Positions 48,382 through 62,529 of a stretch of 64,000 bases of DNA are shown here, piece after piece. A program made the position numbers and the translations under genes. Every line of letters begins with the position of its first letter. Position 1 is the stretch's first letter. Source of the DNA: Amoebidium appalachense (taxonomy: Eukaryota > Protista > Ichthyosporea); assembly GCA_963693365.1 (NCBI GenBank), contig CAVNZM010000013.1:5694640-5758639 (forward strand), read 5' to 3'. The notes beneath the pieces are model-generated. The model ran no database searches and had not been told where the DNA came from. It was given only the letters and a program-made list of their open reading frames with translations.

Positions 48382-50588
48382 CCGCCGCGGCCCTTGCTTT
48401 TGCATCAACGAATGGCAATCATGATCGTTTATCATACTGCACAAACGGGTTCTTAACTCGTTTTTACGTCTCTGGGAGTCTGATGAATTTCACACCATGA
48501 ATACCCCCTATGTGCATCATCTCATCTATGCGTTCCCACCGTGTATATCCACATACGGATAATCAATTAATATGTATATCTCTGAAGACTTACGAGTACT
48601 CATGCTTTCAGAGTTCGTATATCCACCCAGGGTATATCCACACTGTATATCCACAGTGTATATCCGCACAGCACATATTCACACCATGTATAGACATGTA
48701 TATCCACACCTGGCATATCCCACAGGTGCACTATCTCGGCCACTATCTCCTCGTGTCGCTCCTCCTGCCGCAGCTCACTGCCGGGGGCACCCTAGACCAC
48801 CCGTCTAGGGTGATCATGATCACGTCCACAGGCAATCACATTATGGCCCCTGACCCCGCAGACCTCAACAGAAAGGTAAGAATTGAACCCCCTGCCTCCC
48901 CCCCCCCCCCCCCCCCCTTCCCCCCCCCCCCCCCCCCTTCCCCCCTTCCCCTCCCTCTGCCCTTGCGATTTCCAAATGTACGAAAGTTTACTTAGTGATA
49001 GGCTACTGCCATCGGATACCATCATTGTAATTACCCCCCTCCCCCCATCATGTGATAAACCCCCCCCCCTCCCCCTCCTTTCCCCACAAGCCTCAGAAAC
49101 AATCCCCCCACCCCCCACCCCCCCCCCCAAAAAAACAACCAAAAACCTCCTGCTGTTCCCTTCTTCCCTGTTGTTGGCAACTGCATGGTCCATATTGAGT
49201 CAAACATAGCCTGTGAACTTGTGGGGTCCCACACCCCTTGAGTAGTTCCTGTTATATGTTTGTATTTTACATACACCCGAATTCTTCACCCAGGCTAGTA
49301 GCCGGTGTGCAAAAGTGGTGACATCCAACTCATTCGTTCCCACGTCCCATTCCCACAGGACACGTGGTTCTGGGGCAACCTCCTCCCCATTGGTCGCTTT
49401 CTCGCCCACGGCCGTGCCAAGGCGGCGCAGGTACTGTTTGCACGTGAGCTTGCCGCCAGGTGCAAACAGTGGGGGTTGCCTGTGACGTCATATGCCTGCC
49501 ATCCCGGAACAGTGGAAACCCCCATGGTCCAGAGGGTCCACTGGCATGAGCGAGTCCTGTTCTCCCTTCTGGGTGAAGCCCCCCCTCCCCCCCCTCTCTC
49601 TCTCCTCCCCCCCCCCCCCCCCCCCACACACACACCCACCCCAAACAAAAAACGAAAAAGGAGGGGGAGGGGGGGGGGGGAGGGAGGGGGAGGCATGTGC
49701 AACTGTTGCAGGTAGTTGTGCACATGTTTTCTTGCAGGATCTTGTGGTCAGTAACACGGTTGAATTTTAACCAATCACATTTTTTTTTTGGTCTCAAAAT
49801 GATTGCATTGAGAAACCGACTCCTTTTAAGTGTTTTGATGATTTTAGCTGTGCATGTGGGTACACTTTACTTGTGATTCAGTGTGGGTCTTCGTGCAGGA
49901 CATGTCGCCGGATGCATTCGAATCAAGGATTTGAAAATGTGTAGAACACTGGTACTGTGGGGAAGAATTGCGTGTGCAGGGATAAGCTTGGGGTTACGGA
50001 TTGGTCTGAGCGCATGGGGTTGAGAAAGGGAGAGAAGCAGGGAAGAGCAAGCGGAAAGGGAGGCCACGGGGGAGGAGGTGGAGGGGGGGGGGGGGGGGGG
50101 GGGGGGGGATGGGATTGATTAGGATATTTTGGAGGGTCCAGGCATCAGTGGGAAATAATATTGCCAGACTCCCAAGTTTAAAAAGTTTAAAAATAGAGAT
50201 AACATTTGAAAAAATTAAGAATAAAACTCCCCAGTGCGCACATTTGGCAAGAGCCTCGGCCAGGCTGCAGCAACCCCCGTCTATGTGGCATGCAGTGCCC
50301 ACGTAGAGTGCCCCCCCCCCCCCCCCCCCCCCTCCTCCCTCCCTCCCTTCTCCCCTCCTCCCTCCCCTCCCTTCTCCCCCGTCCGCTCACCGACCTACCC
50401 CTGCCCCATACCCACACGCACATATCCCCCCCCCCCCCCCCCCCCCCTCCCGGCCCCCCCCGGCCCCCCCTTCCCCTCCCCCATTTGTCTGTGCCGTATA
50501 CCATGAAAGTGAGCATCAACTCCGATTGGTCCTCATGAAAAAATGTTACTCTCAGCATATACCCCCCCCCCCCCCCCCCCCCTCCCCT

Positions 50589-50619
<31 letters not shown>

Positions 50620-50747
50620 CCCACCCACCCTATCGATGCTCACGTTGAAGAAACAAAAACGCACGGAGTGAAACCAGAACCTATCTACCTGAATTTCAAT
50701 TAGACAGCTTCCTGCGGCCTCCGTGATCCCCTCCCCTCCCCTCCCCC

Positions 50748-50778
<31 letters not shown>

Positions 50779-51102
50779 AAAGAAAAAAAAAATCGAAAAT
50801 TCCCCTCCACCCCATCCATATAAAATAAAAAAGAGCAACTCTAGATAAAAAATTGATCACTATGAATAAAGAAGCGAATAAAATCGACGAATCAAGTTAT
50901 AGATATCACTAATGTTTTTGCCGTGGAGGGGAACCAACAGGTGGAGGGCCAGGGGGGGTCTTATTTCAGCGACTGCAACCGGGCGCAGGCAGCAGGGCAC
51001 TGCAGCGACCCCCAGCTGGCTGCCCGGCTGTGGGCCGTCAGCCAGAGGGCCACCCAGGCTGACTGGGTGGTCCCGGGAAGAACACCGGCCCCCGCCGTGT
51101 GA
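45498..51102 (+). pseudogene. SDR oxidoreductase (RDH12/WWOX-like), copy 1, disrupted
   Basis: Exons 45498-45658, 46785-47012, 47719-47774, 48726-48875, 49359-49572, 50235-50302, 50941-51102. A 4-bp GGAT duplication at 45645-45652 frameshifts the TGxxxGIG motif. The catalytic YxxxK reads HGRAK (CAC at 49407-49409). Confidence 0.8.
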
Positions 51103-52081
51103 GCAGGAGAGTGGGATGCGAGTGTTTTTTTGGGGGCTGAGGGGCTCAAAGCTGTTGTGAGAAAGTGGAGGTTACATGTGCACATTTGCTGCCTTCGTTT
51201 TCGTGTGCTCAAGTTAAAAATTTTTGTTTAACAGCTCAAGCAGTCAGAAATACGTCCCAGTCATGTATATATCTAGTCATGTATATATCAAGCTTGTTTT
51301 TAGACCGATAAAGTGCACAGAATCCAACATAATAACTTCAAAAGATAATAGGGAACACGTAGGGTTCAAATATTGCAGTGAACAAATTCAAAAAAACTAT
51401 TCCACGCTGTGTGTAGCGGTGGCGGTCTTATGTATTCAATTATGTACATGGAAGCCTTAGGGATGTCAAGACCTTGAGAGTTACACGTGTGATTCACAGG
51501 AGACACAGGAGACGTTCATGATGCGAGGCTCCACGGTGTGCAGTGGCTATATGATACGGCATGTATTGAGTTGTCAGATTGTGCAAGTTGTATGGTGCGA
51601 GGCCGGAAATTAGGTCGAGGTATGTGAACAGTGCTGTGAGGTGTGTGGCATGTGTAAGTAGATTATTTTATAAACTATGTAGGTTTTTTGGCCCTTCTCT
51701 ACCACAACTTCCTGCTCCCCATCCGTCAGCCCCCCCCTCCCCCCCCCCCCCCCCCCCTCCTCCCCCTCCCCCCCCCCCCCCCCCCCCTGCCCTTTTTGGA
51801 TGATTTCCTTCCGAATTTTTTGCCGCAACTGTTTTATTTGATTTTAGCAACCCCCCCCCCCCCCCTTCCCCCGGGGGCCTGACCGTTTCCTAGTAGCTAT
51901 CTGTACTGTATTCGTTCTGCTCGATATAAGCAATCCACAACCGAGATGACTCATTGGCCACCTACAGCAACTGCAATATTCAAGTCCCCTTCCCCCCCCC
52001 CCTCCCCTCCCCCCCCCTCCCCCCTCCCCCTCTCCCCTCTCCTCCTCCCCCCCCCCCCCAGCCTCCCCCTCCTCCCCACCC

Positions 52082-52700
52082 CAAGCGCATGCGTAGTTGC
52101 AAAGTTTGGCAGTTGCATTATAGCCAGATTAGGTTGGTTCAGGCGTCCAATCACCAACATTGCAACTGCCACAGTCGGCACCGAGCTGTCACTCTCAAAA
52201 TCTGAGTCTGAGGGTCTGAGAGAGAGCTGCAGTTCCGCGCCCCTCAGCTGGGCTGCGGGCAGCTTGCTCAGGGCCCCAGGCTGCGCACAAGTGGGGAATC
52301 GAACACGTTGCATGGCTTGCTCTGGGCTCCCTTCGCCATGACGTAAGCAACTGTAGCCTTTTGAACCACACATGCATGTGCCGCGTGAACATGGACACGT
52401 TCGTCTCATGATCAGACCATATACAATATATACGTATTATTCTCACATGTGCACCCGTGCACAGTGTTCAGCTGCAGCCCGGGCGGCAGCTCCTTGACAG
52501 CACACACAGAGTCTCTGTATGATGCGAAATGACTTGTCATGACATGCGTATCATTTGTTATTGTCATGCTTGCCCGTACATTTCACATGTGATTCGGCCT
52601 GTGTAGGTCGAGGCGACACACGAGATTTCTCCCGGAGTAATGGTGTTGGGATAAAAAGGACGAACGCCCTGTTTCCTTTTTCCAAAAAAGACTTCTTGTT
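52082..52700 (+). promoter_or_regulatory. Upstream region co-duplicated with the SDR gene (paralogous to ~44642-45240), containing a CCAAT motif
   Basis: Both SDR copies share upstream blocks, e.g. AAGCGCA..GTAGTTGC..TATAGCCAGATTAGG..CAGGCGTCCAATCAC and GATTTCTCCCGGAGTAATGG. The regulatory role is inferred. Confidence 0.5.
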
Positions 52701-52922
52701 TTTCGTTTTCCTTTCATTGCCCTGAACTATCGTTATATGAGCCTGTGCAGTCTTTCAATTTCTTCAGTGCAGTTGTTTTTCACTTTCTTCTCGCCGCCCC
52801 ACTTGAAGCTACTTCACCAACCCTTCGAAACTGTGCTTTCCTCTTCCTCCAGCGTCCAGATCCCTACCTTCCTCTGAGGACATAAAGCATTCCTATTCCC
52901 CATCGGCTAGCACGTCTTCACC

Positions 52923-53359
52923 ATGGGGCTGCTAGGGCAGACGGTCAACTCTGTGGTCAACTTTGAGCGCAGTGAGCGCAGCAATGGCTACGGCTGGGCC
53001 ACGACGGCAGACGAGGTGCTGGCGAGGGAGAAGGTCGACATGGCCGGCAAGAACGTGCTGATCACGGGGGGATACTCGGGTACGTGTGCAAACTTTATGG
53101 GGTTTAGGGGGGTTTTTAGGGGGTTTTTTTTGTTTTTTGTTTTTTTTTGGGGGGGGGGGGGGGGGGGGAGGGGGGGGGGGGGGTTCTGCGGTTTTTTTCT
53201 AGTTTAGAAGATTTTGGATGACTTTTTTAATTCCATCGATTTGTTTTTATTCACCCCTTCTGTCTCTCCATTTTAGTGTGCATTGGCTGCACGTCCGGGC
53301 CCAAAAATCCCCCTGCCCGTTTTTCTTTTTTTTCTCTTTCTTTTCGCCTTATTTCTGAT

Positions 53360-53450
<91 letters not shown>

Positions 53451-53517
53451 TCCCCCTCTCTCTCCCTCTCCCCCTCTCTCTCCCTCTCCCCCTCTCTCTC
53501 CCTCTCTCCCTCTCTCC

Positions 53518-53608
<91 letters not shown>

Positions 53609-53718
53609 CCTCTCTCCCTCTATCCTCTCTGAGTCTCTCTCTCTCGCACACGCCCCCTCCTGCCGCCCCCACCACACCCGTCGCTGTTGTGGTACGTGTC
53701 TTGTTGGCTACTTCCGAA

Positions 53719-53771
<53 letters not shown>

Positions 53772-53915
53772 AACGCCACCTCTCTCTCTCTCTCTCTCTC
53801 TCTCCCCCTCTCTCCCTCTATCCTCTCTGAGTCTCTCTCTCTCGCACACGCCCCCTCCTGCCGCCCCCACCACACCCGTCGCTGTTGTGGTACGTGTCTT
53901 GTTGGCTACTTCGAA

Positions 53916-53965
<50 letters not shown>

Positions 53966-54313
53966 ACGCCACCCCTCTTCGTCTTCTTCTTCTTCTTCTT
54001 CTTCTTCTTTTTTTTTTTTTTTTTTTTTTTTTTTTGGTTTTTTTGCAATGGAGGGGGGAGGGGGGGGGGGGGGGGGCAGTTGGAAGTCCTGAAAGGAAAT
54101 GATATGGTATCACGTGGAATTAAAACCTAAGCTGCAGACAAAAGCGTGGTTGTTCCCCTCCTAATCCCCCCCCCCCCCCCCCCCCCCCCATCCCCACCCC
54201 CCACCCCCCACCCCCGGCCCCTCCCGAGCCCACACTCCCCACCCCTTTACTCCTTCCCACATTTCTCACCACCCATTCATCCCCCATCCACTTCCTCTTT
54301 CCCACCCTGCCCC

Positions 54314-54357
<44 letters not shown>

Positions 54358-54616
54358 ACACCCCTTACTCTTCTCCTTTCACAGGTATCGGCCTTGCCAC
54401 AGCCAAACACCTCTCCAAGGCCGGAGCCCACATTGTTCTAGCCGTGCGTGATGTGGAGAGGGGCAAGCAGGTGGGGGAGGAGCTCAAGCAGCTTGGGGCT
54501 GGGGGGTGCACGGTGGTGGGGCTGGAGCTGGAGAGCCTGCAGTCTGTACGTGAATGTGCAAGGGAGGTGAAGGAGTGGGGCCAGCCCATACACGTGCTCA
54601 TATGCAACGCAGGTGC

Positions 54617-54660
<44 letters not shown>

Positions 54661-55753
54661 TACCCCTGCCTTTCCCGGTGAGGTCCTCTTTTTATTCCTC
54701 ACCTCTGACCTCCTCCCTCTTCTCCCCTAATGTCACCCCTCTTATCGACCACTCCAACAATAACCAACCTTCCCCCCCTTGTTACACTTTCCTCCCTAAC
54801 CCCCCCCCCCCCCCCCCTCCACCCCCGCCACGGCTTTGTTTTTGCCGCCCATACCCCAACCCCTAATGACCACATTTCGTTTCTCCCTAGAGCCTCCCTT
54901 TGGTTCTACCACAGCCTGTTTACCTTTACTATGATGCCCCCCCCCCACCCAGCATGCTCCTCAGGCCCCAAACAACCACCCCCATAAAAACATTTCTTGT
55001 TGCTTTGCAATACGATACGATAGGTGGCAAAAGGTTCATGCTATTACTTCTATCCCTCCCCCCCCCCCCCCCCCCCCCCCCCTCCCTCCCTCCCTCCCTC
55101 CCTCCCTCCCTCCCCATTTTAGACCCACAATTCTTCCCCTCCCCCCTCCCCCCCCCCCTCCCCCCCCCCCCCCCCAGCATGCTCCTCAGGCCCCAAACAA
55201 CCACCCCCATAAAAACATTTCTTGTTGCTTTGCAATACGATACAATAGGTGGCAAAAGGTTCATGCTATTACTTCTATCCCCCCCCCCCCCCCCCCCCCT
55301 CCCTCCCTCCCTCCCTCACTCCCCATCTTAGACCCACACTCCTCCCCCCCCCCCCCCCCTCCCCCCCCCCCTCCCCCCATGCGGGGGTCTTGCTTACTCG
55401 GTCTTCCACCCAACACACAAAGAATGTAGAAACAAACGTTGAACAAGATGATCAAACTATAAGCTATGAATCTATCAAAGCCCTACTTGTTTCTTTCCAA
55501 GCAGCCCTCCCCAGAACCCCCCCTCGCCCACCATTGCCTAATATGTTTTAGGAGATAAGCTTGGCACTAATCATATCGATCGGACCACAGGCAACTTCAC
55601 CAGAGCATACGAGGAGACGGAGGACGGTGTGGAGAAGATTTTTCAGGTGTGGTGTGTGTGGTGTGTGTGGTGTGTGTGGTGTGTGTGTGTGGGTGCGTAT
55701 GGGGGGAGGGGGGGTCTGTATATATCTCATATGTGTGTTTGGTGTGTGTGTTT

Positions 55754-55802
<49 letters not shown>

Positions 55803-56791
55803 CCGCCCGCTCGAGTGTGTGCACGTGTATATATGTGATGTCACACACCTATGCGCCGACGTTTAAAATTTTGCAATGTAAAGAAATTACGTTCAGCGCG
55901 CATGTTACTCTCGCCCCCAGAATTTATTTTTAGTGAAAATCGCTTTCCCCCCAGTGGCATTATATTGCCTCAATAAGCATGAGCATCCCCTCTTCCACCC
56001 CCCCTCCCCCCGTTAAAGATATTGCAATGTAAAGAAATTACGTTCAGCGCGCATGTTACTCTCGCCCCCAGAATTTATTTTTAGTGAAAATCGCTTTCCC
56101 CCCTGTGGCATTATATTGCCTCGATAAGCATGAGCATCCCCTCTTCCACCCCCCCCCCCCTCCCCCCCCCCCCCCCCCCCTCCCTCTTCCCCCCTCCTCC
56201 CCCCCCCCCCCCTTCGCCTCCAACAACCCTTGCTTCTGCACCAACAAGAGTAAATGATTCGCTTTCACTGCACAGGCACTTACCGTTTATCTACGTAGAT
56301 ACATCTTTGGAGACTCCTGCTTTCCCCGCCATGCATATCCCGCAGGTGCTATCTCGCCAATGTAATCACATCGTGTATATCCACATCCATTCATATGTAA
56401 ATCTCCGGAAACTCACCCATGCGTCCCAGCTGTATATCCCACCTGTATATCCATCGGGTATATATCAACCCCATGCACAAACACCCCATGTATATCCACA
56501 CCGTATAAATGCACACCGTGTGGGTTATTATATCCACACCGCCTATATCCATATTGTGGATATTCACACCATGTGTGTTCGGAGCCGTGTAAATTCACAC
56601 TGTGTATGTCCGCACCATATATATCCCACAGGTGCACTATCTCGGCCACTATCTCCTCGTGTCCCTTCTCCTGCCGCAGCTCACTGCCGGGGGCACCCTA
56701 GACCACCCGTCTAGGGTGATTATGATCACGTCCACAGGCAACCACATTATGGCCCCTGACCCTGCAGACCTCAACGGAAAGGTGCGGATTG

Positions 56792-56823
<32 letters not shown>

Positions 56824-57153
56824 ATCTCCAACCCAACAACCTCTCCTCCGCTCCCCTTTAAATTATAGTTCAGCCCTCGTCACGCAGAATTGCACTTTCG
56901 ACGTCTGACCCCCACTCCCATTCCCACAGGACACGTGGTTCTGGGGCAACCTCCTCCCCATAGGTCGCTTTCTCGCCTACGGCCGTGCCAAGGCAGCGCT
57001 GCTACTGTTTGCACGGGAGCTGGCTGCCAGGTGCAAACAGTGGGGGCTGCCTGTGACGTCATATGCCTGCCATCCCGGGGCAGTGGACACCCCCGTGACC
57101 CAGAAGGCCTACTGGCACGAGCGAGTTCTGTTCTCCTTTCTGAGTAAAGACCA

Positions 57154-57184
<31 letters not shown>

Positions 57185-57724
57185 AAGGGGCGTGTTTTGC
57201 ACGCAAATACGCGGTCACTGACGCATCCACTTGGCAACACAATCGATGCATGTGCGGCTGTTGTACGTGAGCGTTCACCTGGTTTCTTGGAAGTAAACCC
57301 CTTTGGTACAGAGGTTAATAAGATTTTAACGTTATGAATCAGTGGGAAACCGGCTCCTTTAGGTATTTCGATGACGAATGTTGCTGTGCATATGAATACA
57401 TTGCCGTGTATCAAAGCGTGTTCGTGCAGTCGTGTTATGATGTAACTAAATTATAAAATGTGAAAATGTGTTTAACAATTTGTGCAGGAAATGTGTGTCC
57501 AGAGAGAGAGGGGTTGGGTTACGGATTGGAGAGATTGGGCCTGGGGAGAGGGGGGGAAGAGGTCGGACACCTCTGAGAAGGGGAAGGGGAAAGGGGGGAG
57601 GGGGGGGGGGGGGGGGGGAGGGGGGAGGGGGGAGGGGGGGGGGGAAGGGTTGGACGAGGAGCCTTCTTGAGGGTCCGAAGTTTGTTGGAATCATCGTCCT
57701 CCCTCCCTCCCTGCCCCCTCCTCT

Positions 57725-57812
<88 letters not shown>

Positions 57813-57979
57813 GAAAAAGAAAAAGAAAAAGAAAAATAAAGAAAGAAAAAAGGAAAAAAAAAAGAACAAGTAAATAATTATGAAAATTAACTATAAAATT
57901 TCCTAGCTCGCACATTTGGCAAGAGCCTTGACCAGGCTGCAGCAACCCCCGTCTATGTGGCATGCAGTGCCCAGGTAGA

Positions 57980-58053
<74 letters not shown>

Positions 58054-58214
58054 CCGGCCCCTCGCCTTCCTCGCAGGCCCACACCCACCAACTCCTACCA
58101 CCTAGGGAGGTTGTGTTGAACAAACAAGAAAACATCGAGGTGGAATTAGTATTTAATTACCTCAATATAGATTAGCCAGCATTATACTCAGGCCACACCT
58201 GATACCACCCCCCT

Positions 58215-58253
<39 letters not shown>

Positions 58254-58548
58254 AGGAATAAGAAAAGGGAAAAGAAAATGAAAACGAGTAACCGTTGGCA
58301 AATGATTAAATAAAAATGACGTGCCAGAGTATCTTATACATTCAAGGTAAATATTGCTAACCACTTGGGTTTGGGGGGAACATCAGGTGGAGGGCCAGGG
58401 GGGGTCTTATTTCAGCGACTGCAACCGGGCACAGGCAGCGGGGCACTGCAGCGACCCCCAGCTGGCTGCCCGGCTGTGGGCCGTCAGCCAGAGGGCCACC
58501 CAGGCTGACTGGGTGGTCCCGGGAAGAACACCGGCCCCCGCCGTGTGA
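52923..58548 (+). CDS. SDR oxidoreductase (RDH12/WWOX-like), copy 2, intact, 7 exons
   Basis: Exons 52923-53079, 54385-54612, 55591-55646, 56632-56781, 56930-57143, 57907-57974, 58387-58548. Motifs: [55 protein letters not shown]. Confidence 0.92.
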
Positions 58549-59514
58549 GCAGGAGATTGGTGTAATTGTTTGTTTTGGGGTTGAGAGGCCCAAAGTTGTA
58601 TTGTGGTTAATAAAGGTTATGTGTACGCGTTGCTGTAGTCGTTTTAGTGTGATCAAATCAGAATATTTCTGTAGCACAAGTGACGTTTATTATTGACGTT
58701 GGGAAGAAGTGGGACCCAGTCATGTGCATATCTACCATTATTCATGTGACCACACAAGATTGCAGGAATTAGGTGTGGAAAATACGGTCAATACAGTGCT
58801 GTGCTGTGGCACCTGAAACTCTGCGAGATTTAAAAAAAGTTAAGGAGCTACAACACTCTGTTCATAGGGCTTGTTATGTGTATACGTGTATTTGCAAGAG
58901 ATATCACAGTTTGAAAAATTCGTGTGGGATGCAAGTTATAAACAGGAGATATGAATATATAGAAGGTGCATGTGTTCAGAGTGTTATGTCCGCGATAAAT
59001 ATGACGACCTTGTATGTCAGATGTATTGAGATGTTAGTGAGTTGTTAGTGTTATGTCGGAGATTATTTGAGAGGTATGAGAGCAGGTATAGGTATGTGGG
59101 ATGTGCTAAATAAAGATTGCCATGATTTATTTTTTTTGGCCATTCTCTCTCCGTATTTCTTGCTACCGCTGCCCCTGTTTCCCTTTTTGTGGTAGATTAT
59201 TTTCTTCTGCCATGATTATCTTCTCCCTAAACGTGAGGATAACTATAAAAAAGTTTCAGGTGGTGCCGTGGTGCGTCTAGCTGTCTAGACTGATTCGATT
59301 TCCGCGTACCGCGTCATTTACGCAAACCCAAATTTTGGCGGGAAACGAGATCTGCACAGTGCACAATCTGCACTCGATAACGTTGTCGTGGCACAGTCAA
59401 CAGCTGAAACTCGAACATACGGGCAGGCTTCTTCTTTCCGATCCTTCCGCCCTCTCCCCTCCCGTCTTCCCTTTTCATTAATACTACACGCCGTCACACA
59501 AGCACACCACCGCT

Positions 59515-59744
59515 ATGGTTGTCAGCGAACTTGTGGCCGCCACGGAGGCGCTGGGGGCCGAAAATGCGCAGCTGGTTGGGCGGCTGTTGGAGGCTGCCCG
59601 CGAGCTGTGTGCAAGGGAGGCGGCCCTGGAGGCGGACACCAGCCGCCTGCACGCAGACAGGCGCCAGCTCGAAGAAGACAGGTCGGTGCCACCATGCCGT
59701 GCCTCTCTCCCTCTCTCTTTTTCTCAGTCTCTCTCTTCCTCCCG

Positions 59745-59782
<38 letters not shown>

Positions 59783-61496
59783 ATCCTTCCCTCCCGTTCT
59801 CCCTTCCTGATCCATTCTCCTTTTTGCAAACACACACACGGATACACGCACACGATAACGCACACGCACATGCACACGCACACACAGACACGCGTACTAA
59901 TACACGAACGCACCGCCACACCGCATGTACTCACACACACACACACACATACACACGCACACGAATACCCACATGCGCTTCCAGATGTGCTTACAAGACA
60001 TGCACACAAGGACAAAAACTGCCCATAGTACCTCCCGTGTCCTTGTTGCTACAACCACTTCAATATAAAAGGCTGTCACACAGTAGTATCACGCTCCTGT
60101 TGAAAGCACCAAGGGCTGACGGTCTCCCTCCGGCTGTAGGCAGCGGTTCCAGGCCGAGTGCGAGTCTGTGCGGCAGCTGGGGGTACAGGCCAGTGACGTC
60201 ATAGTGCTGGATGTGGGCGGCCGCCACTTCCACACCACCCGCCGCACGCTATGTGCCGTGCCCGGGTCCATGCTGGCCGCCTGGTTCAGCGGCCGTCACA
60301 CCATCCAGACCCGCCCCGACGGCACGGTGTTTGTCGACCGCTCGCCCCTCCTGTTCGACTATGTGCTCGACTACCTGCGCACAGGCGGCGACCAGCCCCT
60401 GCTCCCGCCGGATGAGAATGCAAAAGAACGGCTCCGTGATGAGTTTCTCTTTTACGGTTTGCCGTGGTTTGAGGCCGACAAACCGTCGGTGTTGGATTTT
60501 TTTGGTGGAGACATACGAAGCGTAACACTTAGTCACAAGTTCGAATCCGCAGCCACGCATATACATATTGGTACGGAGCGTTTACTGACTACTAACATTG
60601 ACCTTGGGGACACTGAACCTTCTGCAATTCTGTGGGACAGGGTTACCGGGCGGAAGATTTACACGTGGCCGGGGGAAGATATGCAGCACGGCAAGTTGGT
60701 GCAGCCATTGACTCTAAACGGCAACCCGTTTTCTTCCCAAGTGATTTTGGGTGTCTACAGGAAGGATGACGGTGTTGTGACAACGGTCGTTTACAGCTGC
60801 CAGGACGGATCTGTGATTCGAAAGCAGGTCTTGGAGGGTGCAGACGAATCGGTAAGATGCCTCGTGGCTAACGGGGACACTCTCATTGCTATTGTGCAAG
60901 ACAAGCGCTTGTCTGCTTGGAGCATCGAGACGGAAGCACTGCTTTGGGAGCGAATGATAGATGAGTCGGATGGGCCTCTTTGTCCGTGTTTGAATTATAG
61001 CCATGAGGCGTTTGTGTACCTTGATAAAGATGTGTTTGTTGTGTGTGACCTGGCTGATGGTAAAGAGCTTTACAGAGCGAGCGATAATTATCGCTCTAGG
61101 GCGGATTATTGGCTAACGGGCAAGCAACTGAGCACCATTAACGGTGCTGACGATGGGGATGGCGTGATCTATCAGTCCTGGGATGAGAAAGGCCATGTTC
61201 TTGTGCCACCAACCAGACTGGCATGTGAGGGTAGTGTTGATTGTTTCTGTGATGGGAACATGTTTGTAACAATTACAGACCTTGGCCTACGCACATATCC
61301 ACTGACATTTTCTGCACCACAGAGTGTAGCAGTGAGAGAGGGAATGGAGATAAGGCTGGGTGATGGTGCATGGTGGGAAGATCTGGACACTGTATATGTG
61401 GGCGTAGATGCCGTAGCTACTTTGGGTGGTGATGGTGTGGTCACCATATTCACTGTGCACAAAGAAAAATCTAGGAAACGCAGGAGGGTGGATTGA
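59515..61496 (+). CDS. Coiled-coil + KCTD-type BTB/POZ domain + probable beta-propeller protein with C-terminal basic NLS; 2 exons
   Basis: Exons 59515-59681 and 60140-61496 are phase-consistent. BTB signature: VIVLDVGGRHFHTTRRTL..PGSMLAAWFSG..DGTVFVDRSPLLFDYVLDYLR. WD/PQQ-like segments: AILWDRVTGRKIYTW, LSAWSIETEALLW, CDLADGKELY. The protein ends KSRKRRRVD. Confidence 0.88.
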
Positions 61497-62149
61497 GTTT
61501 ATGGATACCATTGATATTGCTTTTTGGTCAGTGTATGAAGGAGTTTTATTATTGTGTCAAACAGCCCGAGGGTTCGAATGTAGCTATAGGAAAACAACAC
61601 TTAATCCTCGCTAATACAGCAGAAATGCTATAAACGAAATGTAAAGTTGCTTACTATACACTTATTATACACGAACGGTAAGCGGAGGAATTCGAATGTT
61701 GCTTTTGTGAGCACGTTTAAAATAGGCTGCAGTAACCAGTTGCAGCATGGTTGGTGCTCATAATGCATCATCTTTGTGCATGCATTGTACAATTGTCCGT
61801 GACGGTCGTACATGTGGCTCCCCCCCCCCTCCCCCCCCTCCCCAACACACACACACACAAAAATAAAATAAAAGGGAGGAAAGAAAAACAAAAAGAAAAG
61901 GGAAAAAGGGGGGGGGGGGGGGGGGAGAATATCACACAAGCACCCAATTGCTGGCTACCCTGCGAACGGTACGTGCACCATTGCACAGCCTGTCCCCCCC
62001 CCTCCCCCCCCCCCCCCCCCCCTTCGCCTCCCCCTGCTGCCCAAACACACACACACACACTGTCACCATAAATAACACACGCACAAGCATAATTATACCG
62101 CTGTGTTGCCATCAAATCGTACATGCTTGGCATGGCCGGGTGGCGGGGG

Positions 62150-62204
<55 letters not shown>

Positions 62205-62285
62205 GAGAGAAACTTTGAGTGAGAGAGGGAGAGAGAGAGAGAGGGAGAGAGAGAGAAAGAGAGAGAGAGGGAGAGAGAGAGAGCC

Positions 62286-62407
<122 letters not shown>

Positions 62408-62529
62408 AGACTAGAGGGAGAGAGAGAGAGGGGGCTGAAGGGGATGGGTGTGTGGGGGGGGGGGGGGGGGGGGGGGGGGGAGACATGTACATTCACAGAC
62501 AGAGAGAGAGGGGGGGGGGGGGGGGGGGG

